Assembly (NCBI GenBank): GCA_020435335.1
Contig: JAGQZT010000107.1
Location: forward strand, 4,715 to 68,714
Reading direction: 5' to 3'
DNA: 64,000 nucleotides
Origin: Flavobacteriales bacterium
Lineage (GTDB): Bacteria; Bacteroidota; Bacteroidia; Flavobacteriales_E; Vicingaceae
Part shown: in pieces, positions 17,105-25,620 of the stretch
How positions within the stretch are numbered: the stretch's first letter is position 1
How the letters are laid out: the number at the start of each line of letters is the position of its first letter
The notes under the pieces: generated by a model
Told to the model about the DNA's origin: nothing
The model's database searches: none
The model's input: only the letters and a program-made list of their open reading frames with translations
Translations under genes and position numbers: made by a program

Positions 17105-17986
17105 ATGGAACCAACAATTGTAAGCGGTACGGAAGTATCCAACAAAGTAAAAGACGACATTGCCAGGGAAGTAGAACAAATCAAAACCCAAGGTGGTAAA
17201 GTGCCTCATCTGGCAGCGGTATTGGTGGGCGACGACGGAGCAAGCCGTACCTACGTGAATGCCAAAGTAAAAGCCTGTGAGCGTGTTGGTTTTGGTTCCA
17301 CGCTGGTTAAACTGGATGCAGATATTTCCGAAGCTGAATTGTTGTCCGAAGTAGAACGCCTGAACAACGATCCGGATATTGATGGTTATATTGTACAATT
17401 GCCCTTACCCAAACACATCGACGAACAGAAAGTAACCGAAGCCATCGCTCCGGAGAAGGATGTGGACGGTTTTCATCCGGTGAGCTTAGGAAAAATGCTC
17501 CTGCATTTGCCGGGCTTCTTACCCGCAACTCCTGCAGGAATTCTCGAGATGATCAAGCATTACAACATTCCAACCGAAGGGAAACATTGTGTGGTGATGG
17601 GCAGAAGTCACATCGTAGGTTCTCCGATGAGTGTGCTGATGATGCGCAACGACTATCCGGGCAACTGTACCGTGACCGTTGTTCACAGCCGGACCCAGAA
17701 TTTAAAGGAGATCACCCGTCAGGCAGATATTCTCATTGTCGCCATCGGTAAGCCTGAATTTGTTACGGCCGATATGGTCAAAGAAGGTGCTGCCGTGATT
17801 GATGTGGGGATTCACCGCATCGATGATCCTTCGAAAAAATCAGGATTCCGTTTATTGGGCGATGTGAAATTCGATGAAGTGGCTCCGAAGTGTGCTTACA
17901 TTTCCCCGGTTCCGGGTGGAGTTGGACCGATGACCATTGCCAGTCTGCTGAAGAATACTTTGCTGGCGGTGAGCCTAAACCAATAA
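17105..17986 (+). CDS. folD: Bifunctional methylenetetrahydrofolate dehydrogenase/cyclohydrolase
   Basis: 293 aa with full-length FolD features: [26 protein letters not shown] and [10 protein letters not shown]. Confidence 0.95.
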   Translation: MEPTIVSGTEVSNKVKDDIAREVEQIKTQGGKVPHLAAVLVGDDGASRTYVNAKVKACERVGFGSTLVKLDADISEAELLSEVERLNNDPDIDGYIVQLPLPKHIDEQKVTEAIAPEKDVDGFHPVSLGKMLLHLPGFLPATPAGILEMIKHYNIPTEGKHCVVMGRSHIVGSPMSVLMMRNDYPGNCTVTVVHSRTQNLKEITRQADILIVAIGKPEFVTADMVKEGAAVIDVGIHRIDDPSKKSGFRLLGDVKFDEVAPKCAYISPVPGGVGPMTIASLLKNTLLAVSLNQ

Positions 17987-18415
17987 CCTTCGATGGTAGT
18001 TGATCTGTCCCAGGTGATAATTCAGGTGGGTGGTCAGGTGTGCTAAAAAGTAACCCGTCGACAGGTTTTCCTGGAAAAAGGCAATCGGAAAATCTTTTTT
18101 CAAATCATCTTCATTCAATTGATTAAGTGTGGTGTTTACCACTTGCATGACGTCATCGATCTGACGGTTCATTTCATCAACAGGTACGTTTTTGTTGCTG
18201 AATTCTTTGTCGCGCTCTCGAATGTATCCGGTATTTCCCAGTGTGGCTCCGATAAAATGGTTGAGGTTTCCGATCAAATGCAAACAGAGGTTTCCGGCTG
18301 AATTACTGATGCCTCCGGTGGTTTTCCATAATAGGGCTTCGTCAGGATATAAGCTGATTTCTTCTTTGAGCCGATTTAGGTCTCTTTCGAAGAGTTGTTG
18401 TAGTACGTTGATCAT
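17975..18415 (-). CDS. DinB-family (DUF1572-like) four-helix-bundle protein
   Basis: 146 aa. His-containing helices ([23 protein letters not shown]) are typical of the DinB superfamily. Confidence 0.65.
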   Translation of the reverse strand: MINVLQQLFERDLNRLKEEISLYPDEALLWKTTGGISNSAGNLCLHLIGNLNHFIGATLGNTGYIRERDKEFSNKNVPVDEMNRQIDDVMQVVNTTLNQLNEDDLKKDFPIAFFQENLSTGYFLAHLTTHLNYHLGQINYHRRLLV

Positions 18416-18416
18416 A

Positions 18417-19697
18417 TTAATAGTTGTATTTATCGTTCCACTTGTCTTTCAGGAATTTCCGGAAGCTCTCCTCCTTGGCATTGCGTCCGGGTTCGTAGAA
18501 TTTCATGCCTTTGATCTCGTCCGGTAAGTATTCCTGATCCTCAAAATTACCCGCGTAGCTGTGGGAATACTTGTAACCGTCTCCGTATCCGATTTCTTTC
18601 ATGAGTTTGGTCGGTGCATTGCGAATGTGCAATGGAACACTCAGGTTTCCGGTCTTCCGGACCGCATCCTGAGCCTGATTGATGGCCTGATACGAGGCAT
18701 TACTCTTCGGCGAAGTGGCTAAATATACGGCCGTTTGGGATAAAATGATCCGTCCTTCGGGCATACCGATGACGGCGATGGCCTGGAAGCAGTTGTTAGC
18801 AATTACAAGAGCAGTTGGATTGGCATTGCCAATGTCTTCGGATGCTAAAATCAATAAGCGACGGGCAATAAATTTCGGGTCTTCGCCACCTTCCAGCATA
18901 CGGGCCAGCCAGTACACGGCGGCATTGGGATCGCTGCCTCGGATGGACTTGATGAAGGCCGAGATGATGTCGTAATGCTGATCGCCGGTCTTATCGTACC
19001 GCACCATATTCTGCTGGATGGTGTTCACCACGATGTCGTTGGTGATCACGATCGGTTCCTTTTCGAAGCTGTTAACCACAATCTCGAGCGTATTCAGGAG
19101 TTTGCGGGCATCGCCTCCGGAGAGTTGGAGCAGTGATTCGTATTCTTCGATGGTGATGTCTTTTTTCTTGAGTTCCTCATCTTCCTTCAGGGCGATGTCG
19201 ATGAGCTTCATGAGGTCGTCCTTGCCCAGTTCTTTCAGGATGTAGGTCTGACAACGGGAGAGGAGGGCCGAGATCACTTCGAATGAGGGATTTTCGGTGG
19301 TTGCGCCGATGAGGGTGATGATGCCTTTCTCCACGGCGCCGAGGAGCGAATCCTGTTGCGATTTACTGAAACGGTGGATCTCATCGATGAACAGTACGGG
19401 GTTGTTGGTCCCGAAAAATTGCTGCGATTTGGCTTTGTCGATCACATCGCGGACATCCTTCACACCGGAGTTGATGGCGCTCAAGGTGTAGAACGGCCGG
19501 TTCAGGTAAGTGGCCACGATATTGGCTAATGTGGTTTTTCCCACACCCGGAGGGCCCCAGAAGATCATGGAGGGGATCACGCCTTTCTCGATGAACTTGC
19601 GCAAGGTACTGCCTTCACCCACCAGGTGTTGCTGCCCGATGTAGTTGTCGAAGGTAGTGGGACGTAATCGTTCTGCTAATGGAGTCAGATTTTGCAC
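18417..19697 (-). CDS. rarA: Replication-associated recombination protein A (AAA+ ATPase)
   Basis: Walker A GPPGVGKTT, Walker B FIDEIHRF, and the C-terminal MgsA domain (DQHYDIISAFIKSIRGSDPNAA). Starts with GTG. Confidence 0.9.
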   Translation of the reverse strand: MQNLTPLAERLRPTTFDNYIGQQHLVGEGSTLRKFIEKGVIPSMIFWGPPGVGKTTLANIVATYLNRPFYTLSAINSGVKDVRDVIDKAKSQQFFGTNNPVLFIDEIHRFSKSQQDSLLGAVEKGIITLIGATTENPSFEVISALLSRCQTYILKELGKDDLMKLIDIALKEDEELKKKDITIEEYESLLQLSGGDARKLLNTLEIVVNSFEKEPIVITNDIVVNTIQQNMVRYDKTGDQHYDIISAFIKSIRGSDPNAAVYWLARMLEGGEDPKFIARRLLILASEDIGNANPTALVIANNCFQAIAVIGMPEGRIILSQTAVYLATSPKSNASYQAINQAQDAVRKTGNLSVPLHIRNAPTKLMKEIGYGDGYKYSHSYAGNFEDQEYLPDEIKGMKFYEPGRNAKEESFRKFLKDKWNDKYNY

Positions 19698-19737
19698 GGA
19701 GTTGGTCTAAGATTGAAGCTTAAAATTAATGATAATC

Positions 19738-19756
19738 TGTCACTCCTGTCGAAGTG
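19738..19756 (+). repeat. Hairpin repeat family, degenerate copy 4 (tgtcactcc-tgTCGAAgtg)
   Basis: Shares the TGTCAC...TCGAAGTG ends with copy 1 but lacks the TGAG half of the loop. Confidence 0.4.
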
Positions 19757-19801
19757 GGGGAGTCTTTTTGTTAACCGGAATCAGAATCATTCAAGAGGAA
19801 C

Positions 19802-20326
19802 TCATTGAGCCATTTCCAGCAACTTTTTAACGGTGTTCAGGTTGCGTGAGGTGGCCATGACCTTGAGTTTTTGCTCGAAGAAATTGTTGTTCATTTTGGC
19901 TCTTCCGGCTCCGTTAGGGAAATGAGAATAGATGACCTTGCCTTTCAGCTCATAATACTCTTCAGGGAATTGATAGGTGCTCAGTTTATCGATGTTTTCG
20001 GGAGCGGGGAATTCTTCCAGAAAGGTAAAGTACATGAGTTCGATGTCCTGATATGGATTGTGTTTTAAAGCATCTTCAATTTCCTGGGGAGTCAGAATCA
20101 GGTTGGGAACATCAAAACCATAGGCTTTCTGAATACCGTTGAAAATGAGTTGTTCCAGTTTCTTCGGGTCTTTTTCAGGAGAAGTAAACACCACATTACC
20201 ACTCTGGATGTGGGTCTCCACGTTTTCAAAGCCCAGGCTTTCGTATAATTTTTTGAGGTCGGCCATCTTGATCTTCTTCTGGCCACTCACGTTGATGCCG
20301 CGGAGTATGGAGATGTAGGTATTCAT
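19802..20326 (-). CDS. DUF1697 domain protein
   Basis: N-terminal YISILRGINVSGQKKIKMADLK...IQSGNVVF is the DUF1697 signature. Confidence 0.7.
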   Translation of the reverse strand: MNTYISILRGINVSGQKKIKMADLKKLYESLGFENVETHIQSGNVVFTSPEKDPKKLEQLIFNGIQKAYGFDVPNLILTPQEIEDALKHNPYQDIELMYFTFLEEFPAPENIDKLSTYQFPEEYYELKGKVIYSHFPNGAGRAKMNNNFFEQKLKVMATSRNLNTVKKLLEMAQ

Positions 20327-20331
20327 TTTTG

Positions 20332-20760
20332 TTATTTTACAAATACGAGCTGCTCTTTTTGTTTATGGTATCCGTTCTGTAAATAAAACCGATGGGCATC
20401 GTGGCGATCGCTGTTGCAACGCACCCTTACTTTTCTGTCCTGCGCCAGGTGCTGCTCCACATACTGAACCAGCTGATGCCCGATGCCTTGCGAACGTTCC
20501 TTTTCGGAGACCACCAATCCGGCAATTTCGATGAATGGAGGTGTGGTGAGGCGTAAGGCATAGAACGCGTGAACAAACCCTACAATGGTATTTTCTTTAA
20601 CCGCTACAAAGGCCCATTGTTTTTCATCTTCTATTATTTCCCGGATCAATTGTTCTACTATTTCTGTGGAAACAGGATATCCTAATTCATGTGACAATTG
20701 TACAATGGAATCTAGGTCTTCCGTATTTATCGGTCGGATATTGATCATGATGGTTGTCAA
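20332..20760 (-). CDS. GNAT family N-acetyltransferase
   Basis: 142 aa with the acetyl-CoA motif A region VVSEKERSQGIGHQLV. Confidence 0.75.
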   Translation of the reverse strand: MTTIMINIRPINTEDLDSIVQLSHELGYPVSTEIVEQLIREIIEDEKQWAFVAVKENTIVGFVHAFYALRLTTPPFIEIAGLVVSEKERSQGIGHQLVQYVEQHLAQDRKVRVRCNSDRHDAHRFYLQNGYHKQKEQLVFVK

Positions 20761-21722
20761 AAATAGCTGTGGAAAGAAAGGTAATTTTTTACATAATCTT
20801 CAACGCCTTCTTCCAGGGTGTGGAAGGGGATGTCGTAGCCGATGGACTGTAACTTACTCATATTGGCCTCTGTAAAATACTGGTACTTATCGCGAATATC
20901 CTCAGGTGTCGGGATGAACGATATGTTCGGTTCCCGATCCAGCGCCTTAAAGGTATTCGTCACCAGGTCAAGGAAGGTTCTGGCCTTGCCCGATCCGAGG
21001 TTGTACAGTCCGGAATCCTTGCGGTGATGCAGGAGGAACATACAAACGTTCACGACGTCTTTCACGTACACGAAATCACGCAATTGCTCTCCGTCCTTAT
21101 AATCCGGGTTGTGAGAGGCAAATAATTTCATGGCGCCGGTCTCTTTGACCTGGTTGTAGGCATGAAAGATCACGGAAGCCATTCGGCCTTTGTGGTATTC
21201 ATTCGGACCATATACGTTGAAGAACTTCAGCCCCGCCCAGAAATAAGGTTGCTTTTCCTGCTTCAGCGCCCACTTGTCGAAATCATTCTTGGAATCGCCA
21301 TAAGGGTTGAGCGGTTTCAGTTTGTCTACCACGTCGTGATTATCATCATAACCGTATTCACCCAAACCGTAAGTTGCCGCAGAAGAAGCATAGACCAAGG
21401 GAATACCGTGTTCCACACATTTGTTCCATACGGCTTTGGTGTAATTCAGGTTCAGCTTGTCGAAGATGGCTGTGTCGAATTCGGTAGTATCGGTACGGGC
21501 TCCGATGTGGAAAATAAATTGAATCAGGTGCTGATTTTTTTCGATCCAATCGATAAAAACCTCACGGTCTACGCGTTGTGAAATGGTTTTGCCTTCCAGG
21601 TTCTTGTTCTTTTCGGGATGGGAGAAATCGTCAACGACTACGACATCCAGAAACCCTTCCTGATTCAGTTTGCTTACCAGACAACTTCCGATAAAACCTG
21701 CTGCTCCTGTTACTACAATCAT
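20757..21722 (-). CDS. hldD: ADP-glyceromanno-heptose 6-epimerase-like NAD-dependent epimerase
   Basis: Rossmann motif VTGAAGFIGS, a catalytic YGxSK-type motif (YGDSK), and HldD-like length and N-terminus. Confidence 0.6.
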   Translation of the reverse strand: MIVVTGAAGFIGSCLVSKLNQEGFLDVVVVDDFSHPEKNKNLEGKTISQRVDREVFIDWIEKNQHLIQFIFHIGARTDTTEFDTAIFDKLNLNYTKAVWNKCVEHGIPLVYASSAATYGLGEYGYDDNHDVVDKLKPLNPYGDSKNDFDKWALKQEKQPYFWAGLKFFNVYGPNEYHKGRMASVIFHAYNQVKETGAMKLFASHNPDYKDGEQLRDFVYVKDVVNVCMFLLHHRKDSGLYNLGSGKARTFLDLVTNTFKALDREPNISFIPTPEDIRDKYQYFTEANMSKLQSIGYDIPFHTLEEGVEDYVKNYLSFHSYF

Positions 21723-21766
21723 ATTCTTGTGGTTGGTTGCCTGTTACTGGTTGATCGGTATGGCCA

Positions 21767-22603
21767 TCAACTATCAACAAACAACGAGTTACTAATTGTC
21801 GGGATGATCCCTTTTTCCTGTGCTAAGTTAAACATTTGTGTAATGGAATCCTTGCCTGTCTGACCCAAATCAATGGAGTATTGATTCACATAAAGGTCAA
21901 CATGTTGCTGCATCACGTGTTCATCCATTTCCTGGGCATGCGATTTCATGTATCCGTAAGCTTCGCCGGGATGTGCGTAGGCGTATTCGATGCTCTTCCG
22001 AATGAGCCGGTTTACTTTTTGGATAAGCTCCTCCGGTAAACTTCGTTTGATGATAATCCCTCCCAGCGGGATGAGCGCGCCGGTAGTTTTTTCCCAGTAC
22101 TCTCCCAGATCGATGATCTTCTCGAGGCCTCTTTCCTGATAGGTGAATCGATTCTCGTGGATGAGCAAGCCTGCATCCACATCTCCATTCAATACGGCCT
22201 GTTCAATATCCGAAAATAGCATTTCAACTTTGTTGGTTGCTTCGGGATGAGCGATGCTTAATAAAAAATTGGCCGTGGTATATTTACCCGGAATGGCAAT
22301 TTTGGCATCCTTGAGATTTGGAATTCGGGTATTGCTATTTTTTACGAGTAATGGTCCACATCCTTGCCCCAGGGCGCTTCCTGAATCCAGCAGCACGTAG
22401 TCGTTAGTCAGGTAACCATAAGCATGATAGCTGATCTTGGTGATGTCGAGATCTCCCTGAAAGGCTTTTTCATTGAGGTCTTCCACGTCACCAAGATACA
22501 CATCAAATTCGAGTCCTTCGGTATCGATCTTGTGGTGCACCAGCGCATCGAAGATGAAGGTGTCGTTGGGGCAAGGGGAGAAACCGATGCTGAGTTTGGT
22601 CAT
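21767..22603 (-). CDS. mqnD: 1,4-dihydroxy-6-naphthoate synthase (futalosine pathway)
   Basis: N-terminal GFSPCPNDTFIFDALVH is the characteristic MqnD motif. Overlaps mqnB by 4 nt. Confidence 0.75.
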   Translation of the reverse strand: MTKLSIGFSPCPNDTFIFDALVHHKIDTEGLEFDVYLGDVEDLNEKAFQGDLDITKISYHAYGYLTNDYVLLDSGSALGQGCGPLLVKNSNTRIPNLKDAKIAIPGKYTTANFLLSIAHPEATNKVEMLFSDIEQAVLNGDVDAGLLIHENRFTYQERGLEKIIDLGEYWEKTTGALIPLGGIIIKRSLPEELIQKVNRLIRKSIEYAYAHPGEAYGYMKSHAQEMDEHVMQQHVDLYVNQYSIDLGQTGKDSITQMFNLAQEKGIIPTISNSLFVDS

Positions 22604-23280
22604 AGTCTATCAATGATTTGCAGGGCTGTTTCACAAAGATTCCGAACAGCCAGAGGAATGTTCCAGTTGTCCTTGTTCCGTTGCTCCACCTTGTTGGAGA
22701 TGGACCTGATCTGGGCACAGGAAATACCTTCCAGCAGACAGGCATAAAAGAAGGCGGCACCTTCCATACTTTCGGTCTGCGGATGGAATAAGCCCTTTAC
22801 CTTGTCGATTGATTCCTGATCGCCATGTACCGTATTAACCGTAATTCCTTTCACGCGGGGCAGGGAATCGATTGTTGGATTAGCGATGCAGATGGTGTTT
22901 TCCATTTCGCCGTTGTTCAGGGTGAAATCCTCATCCATGATCAAATCCATATCGATGAGTGACAGAAAGGATTCTCCGTCTTCGGTACCGAGTTCGGAGA
23001 TTTGGTCGGAAGTAATGTTGACCACCTGGCCGATGGATAAATTGTCGTCAAAACTACCCGCCAGACCCAAATTGATGGCGGCATCGTATAAGTTGGAATT
23101 CAGGGTTTTACCGAGCCAGTAGGCGGTACAGGTCATCCCCACGCCCGGGATCAGCACATCGATCTGATGTCCCCGGTATTCGTAGGATTTTAGTTTTTGG
23201 TTGATTACGTTCACCAGGTTAAACTGGAGGAGTAAGGGTTCAATTTCGAGTGAGGTAGCTGATACGAGGAGAATATTCAT
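22600..23280 (-). CDS. mqnB: Futalosine hydrolase (PNP/UDP_1 nucleosidase fold)
   Basis: 226 aa, nucleosidase-like (MNILLVSATSLEI..., GVGM, ESMEGAAFFYAC). Translationally coupled to mqnD. Confidence 0.65.
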   Translation of the reverse strand: MNILLVSATSLEIEPLLLQFNLVNVINQKLKSYEYRGHQIDVLIPGVGMTCTAYWLGKTLNSNLYDAAINLGLAGSFDDNLSIGQVVNITSDQISELGTEDGESFLSLIDMDLIMDEDFTLNNGEMENTICIANPTIDSLPRVKGITVNTVHGDQESIDKVKGLFHPQTESMEGAAFFYACLLEGISCAQIRSISNKVEQRNKDNWNIPLAVRNLCETALQIIDRL

Positions 23281-23282
23281 GA

Positions 23283-24629
23283 TCAGTAAAATCGGGGTTC
23301 GACTTCTTTCTCAATAAAGTTGATGCCGTAGTTTTCCAATTCATCCAGGATCGGATTGTAAATTTCTTTCGAGATCGGGACATGAACTCCGGGAGTGGAG
23401 ATCGTACCGTTCAGGATCATTTTTGTGGCAATGGCAACAGGCAATCCAACGGTTTTGGCCATAGCCGTGTATTTTTGATCATCGCCCTTCACCACCATGG
23501 AAGAGTGGATTTCTTTGAAAGCACCCTCGCTCTTGAAGAGGAAGCGGTGCCACATGACGATCATGTCTTTGTCCTCCGGTTCCAGTTTCCATTTTTGTTC
23601 CAGCATGTGTTGGAGAATTTGAGCAGGAGTAGCCTCTTTTAATCCGATCTTAGTGTTTTCGAAAATACCGAGCCATTCGAATTTTTCGAACAGGCCGATA
23701 TCATCCTGGCGAATGTTCATGTAGTGTTTGAATTTCAGTTCCACCGAATCCGTTTCGTTGTACGCCAGAAAGGAATTGATGAATTCCCGGTTGGTCATGT
23801 TTTCCGAGTCGTCCATGATGTACGAATCGTCGGTAGCACCCAATTGCACGAACATGTTCCAGGCCTTACAAAATCCGGGCCTGCGCAATGTTCCGCGGTA
23901 CATGGTCGGAATGTCGTGCAAACCATAGATTTCCCGGTATTGCAAAGAGTCGCGGTTAGCATAGCCTTCAAACTTGCCGTAACCGTCGATGTCGATGATC
24001 TCGGTACGGCGAAACAACTTGTGATAAGGAATGTATTTGTATTTTCCGTTTTGGATGAATTTGCAGGTTCCTTGTCCGGCAAGCACTACATTTCTTGGGT
24101 TCCAGGTGAATTTGTAGTTCCAGGGGTTGTTGTCGCTTTCCGGTGCAACCAGTCCGCCGGTAAAGGTTTCGAAGGCTTCCAGCGCTCCATTTTTTTCGCG
24201 GATATGATCGATCACACGCATGGCGGAGAGGTGGTCGATTCCCGGATCCACACCGATCTCGTTCATGATAATGATACCGGCTTCTTTAGCCTCATTGGCA
24301 AGGGCTTTCATTTCTTTCGAAACGTAGGAAGCGGTAACCATGTGCTTCTTGAACCGGATACAGTCTTTCGCTACGGAAATGTGCATATGAGCGGGTAGCA
24401 TGGAGATGATCAGATCGTGTTCGTCGATCAGCCGGATTCGCTCTTCTTCATTGTTTACGTCAAAAGCAATGGCTTTCGCCAGGTTATGTTCATTGGCCGC
24501 TTCAAAAGCGAGTTCTTTGGAACGGTCAGCAATGGTTACGAACCAATTTTCATTTTCCGCATTGAACAGCAGGTATTGAATTAACGAAGAAGTCGATCTT
24601 CCTGCACCTATCACCAAAATTTTTTTCAT
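23283..24629 (-). CDS. Saccharopine dehydrogenase family protein
   Basis: Starts MKKILVIGAGRSTSS (Rossmann fold) and is about 448 aa, as in LYS9-like enzymes. The ATG at 24629 is preferred over the upstream extension. Confidence 0.75.
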   Translation of the reverse strand: MKKILVIGAGRSTSSLIQYLLFNAENENWFVTIADRSKELAFEAANEHNLAKAIAFDVNNEEERIRLIDEHDLIISMLPAHMHISVAKDCIRFKKHMVTASYVSKEMKALANEAKEAGIIIMNEIGVDPGIDHLSAMRVIDHIREKNGALEAFETFTGGLVAPESDNNPWNYKFTWNPRNVVLAGQGTCKFIQNGKYKYIPYHKLFRRTEIIDIDGYGKFEGYANRDSLQYREIYGLHDIPTMYRGTLRRPGFCKAWNMFVQLGATDDSYIMDDSENMTNREFINSFLAYNETDSVELKFKHYMNIRQDDIGLFEKFEWLGIFENTKIGLKEATPAQILQHMLEQKWKLEPEDKDMIVMWHRFLFKSEGAFKEIHSSMVVKGDDQKYTAMAKTVGLPVAIATKMILNGTISTPGVHVPISKEIYNPILDELENYGINFIEKEVEPRFY

Positions 24630-24740
24630 ACCGGTCTTATGTTTTCTTGACACGTGAAATTCGTGAAATATTTGCCGATTGCTCAAGAATTTTAATGAAT
24701 TTTACTAACAAGTTTTCAATGGCTTGGTTATCTATTTGTT

Positions 24741-25139
24741 ATGGTTCAAAAGGGAATTGTTAAAGCGGGTGTTTTGGGTGGAGTTGCCGTAGTTTGCGGT
24801 GCATTCGGTGCGCACGCGCTCAAGGAAGTGCTGTCGGTTGAACAGTTGCAGAGTTTTAATACGGGGGTTCGTTACCAGTTGATTCATGCGGTGGTTTTAT
24901 TGGTTCTGGCCTTGTTCCAACATCACTTTGCGGTAAAAGCCTTTAAGCGGGCAGAACAGTTTATGTTTTGGGGTGTTCTGTTGTTTTCCGGGTCGATTTA
25001 TGTGCTTACGCTGAAAAATATACTGGGGCTTGACTTCTTAAAATTCGTAGGACCGGTAACGCCAATCGGAGGGATTCTGATGATTATCGGTTGGGTATTT
25101 GTGGTGATCGGAGGATTGAGAGTTTCCAGGCAGCAATGA
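24741..25139 (+). CDS. DUF423 (YgdD-like) membrane protein
   Basis: 132 aa with four TM helices and a GAFGAH motif. Confidence 0.7.
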   Translation: MVQKGIVKAGVLGGVAVVCGAFGAHALKEVLSVEQLQSFNTGVRYQLIHAVVLLVLALFQHHFAVKAFKRAEQFMFWGVLLFSGSIYVLTLKNILGLDFLKFVGPVTPIGGILMIIGWVFVVIGGLRVSRQQ

Positions 25140-25556
25140 TCAGCTGGTGTGGTCAATAACGATGACCCAGTGACCTTCTATTTTTTTCCAGTATAGGGTG
25201 AAGTAACCGTTCGGATTATCGGATTCCCGCTGTAAATTCCATTTACCGAGCATATAGGCCGTATGGTTGTTTTGCTCCAATTGCAGAATCTCAAAACTTA
25301 ATGTTCCCATTGCAGCTTTGTCGGGGTAGGAATTTTTATAATTGTCGAGTGTGGTTTGCCAGCCGTATTTGATGCCGTTTTTTCCGATAAACATCAGGGA
25401 ATCGGATTGCCAGTACCCCTGCATAAATGCTTCGATGTTCCCGGAATTCCAGTCTGTTTCCTGTTGATGCATCACGTGCATGATGGCTTCTTTTTCGGAA
25501 GAGTATTCGGTACATGATAGCATAACGGACAGTAAAATCAGTAGCCAGTTTTTCAT
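25140..25556 (-). CDS. SnoaL-like/DUF4440 (NTF2 fold) protein with signal peptide
   Basis: 138 aa with W-rich cone-fold motifs (WNSGNIEAFMQGYW). Confidence 0.55.
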   Translation of the reverse strand: MKNWLLILLSVMLSCTEYSSEKEAIMHVMHQQETDWNSGNIEAFMQGYWQSDSLMFIGKNGIKYGWQTTLDNYKNSYPDKAAMGTLSFEILQLEQNNHTAYMLGKWNLQRESDNPNGYFTLYWKKIEGHWVIVIDHTS

Positions 25557-25570
25557 AACAATAAAGGTAT

Positions 25571-25601
25571 AAAAAAACCCGGACTGAAATCAGCCCGGGT
25601 T
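25571..25601 (-). terminator. Rho-independent terminator of the metalloprotease gene
   Basis: 12-bp stem aacccggactga / tcagcccgggtt with one mismatch. It is followed on the minus strand by TTTTTTT. Confidence 0.8.
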
Positions 25602-25620
25602 TGGAATATTACGTCAAGTT

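Noticed and set aside
16543-17184. 213-aa minus-strand ORF spanning the ffh 3' end, the intergenic region and the folD 5' end.
   Set aside because: It crosses two real genes on the other strand. Its only recognisable peptide (VTLSLSKG) is the translated hairpin repeat.
23283-23305. GGTTCGA string resembling a tRNA T-arm.
   Set aside because: It lies inside the saccharopine dehydrogenase coding sequence and has no acceptor, D or anticodon arms. No tRNA-sized gaps elsewhere show tRNA features.
23724-24398. 224-aa plus-strand ORF, together with 23728-23928 and 23795-24082, inside the saccharopine dehydrogenase gene.
   Set aside because: These are antisense or out-of-frame shadows of a well-supported gene. 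No domain signatures.
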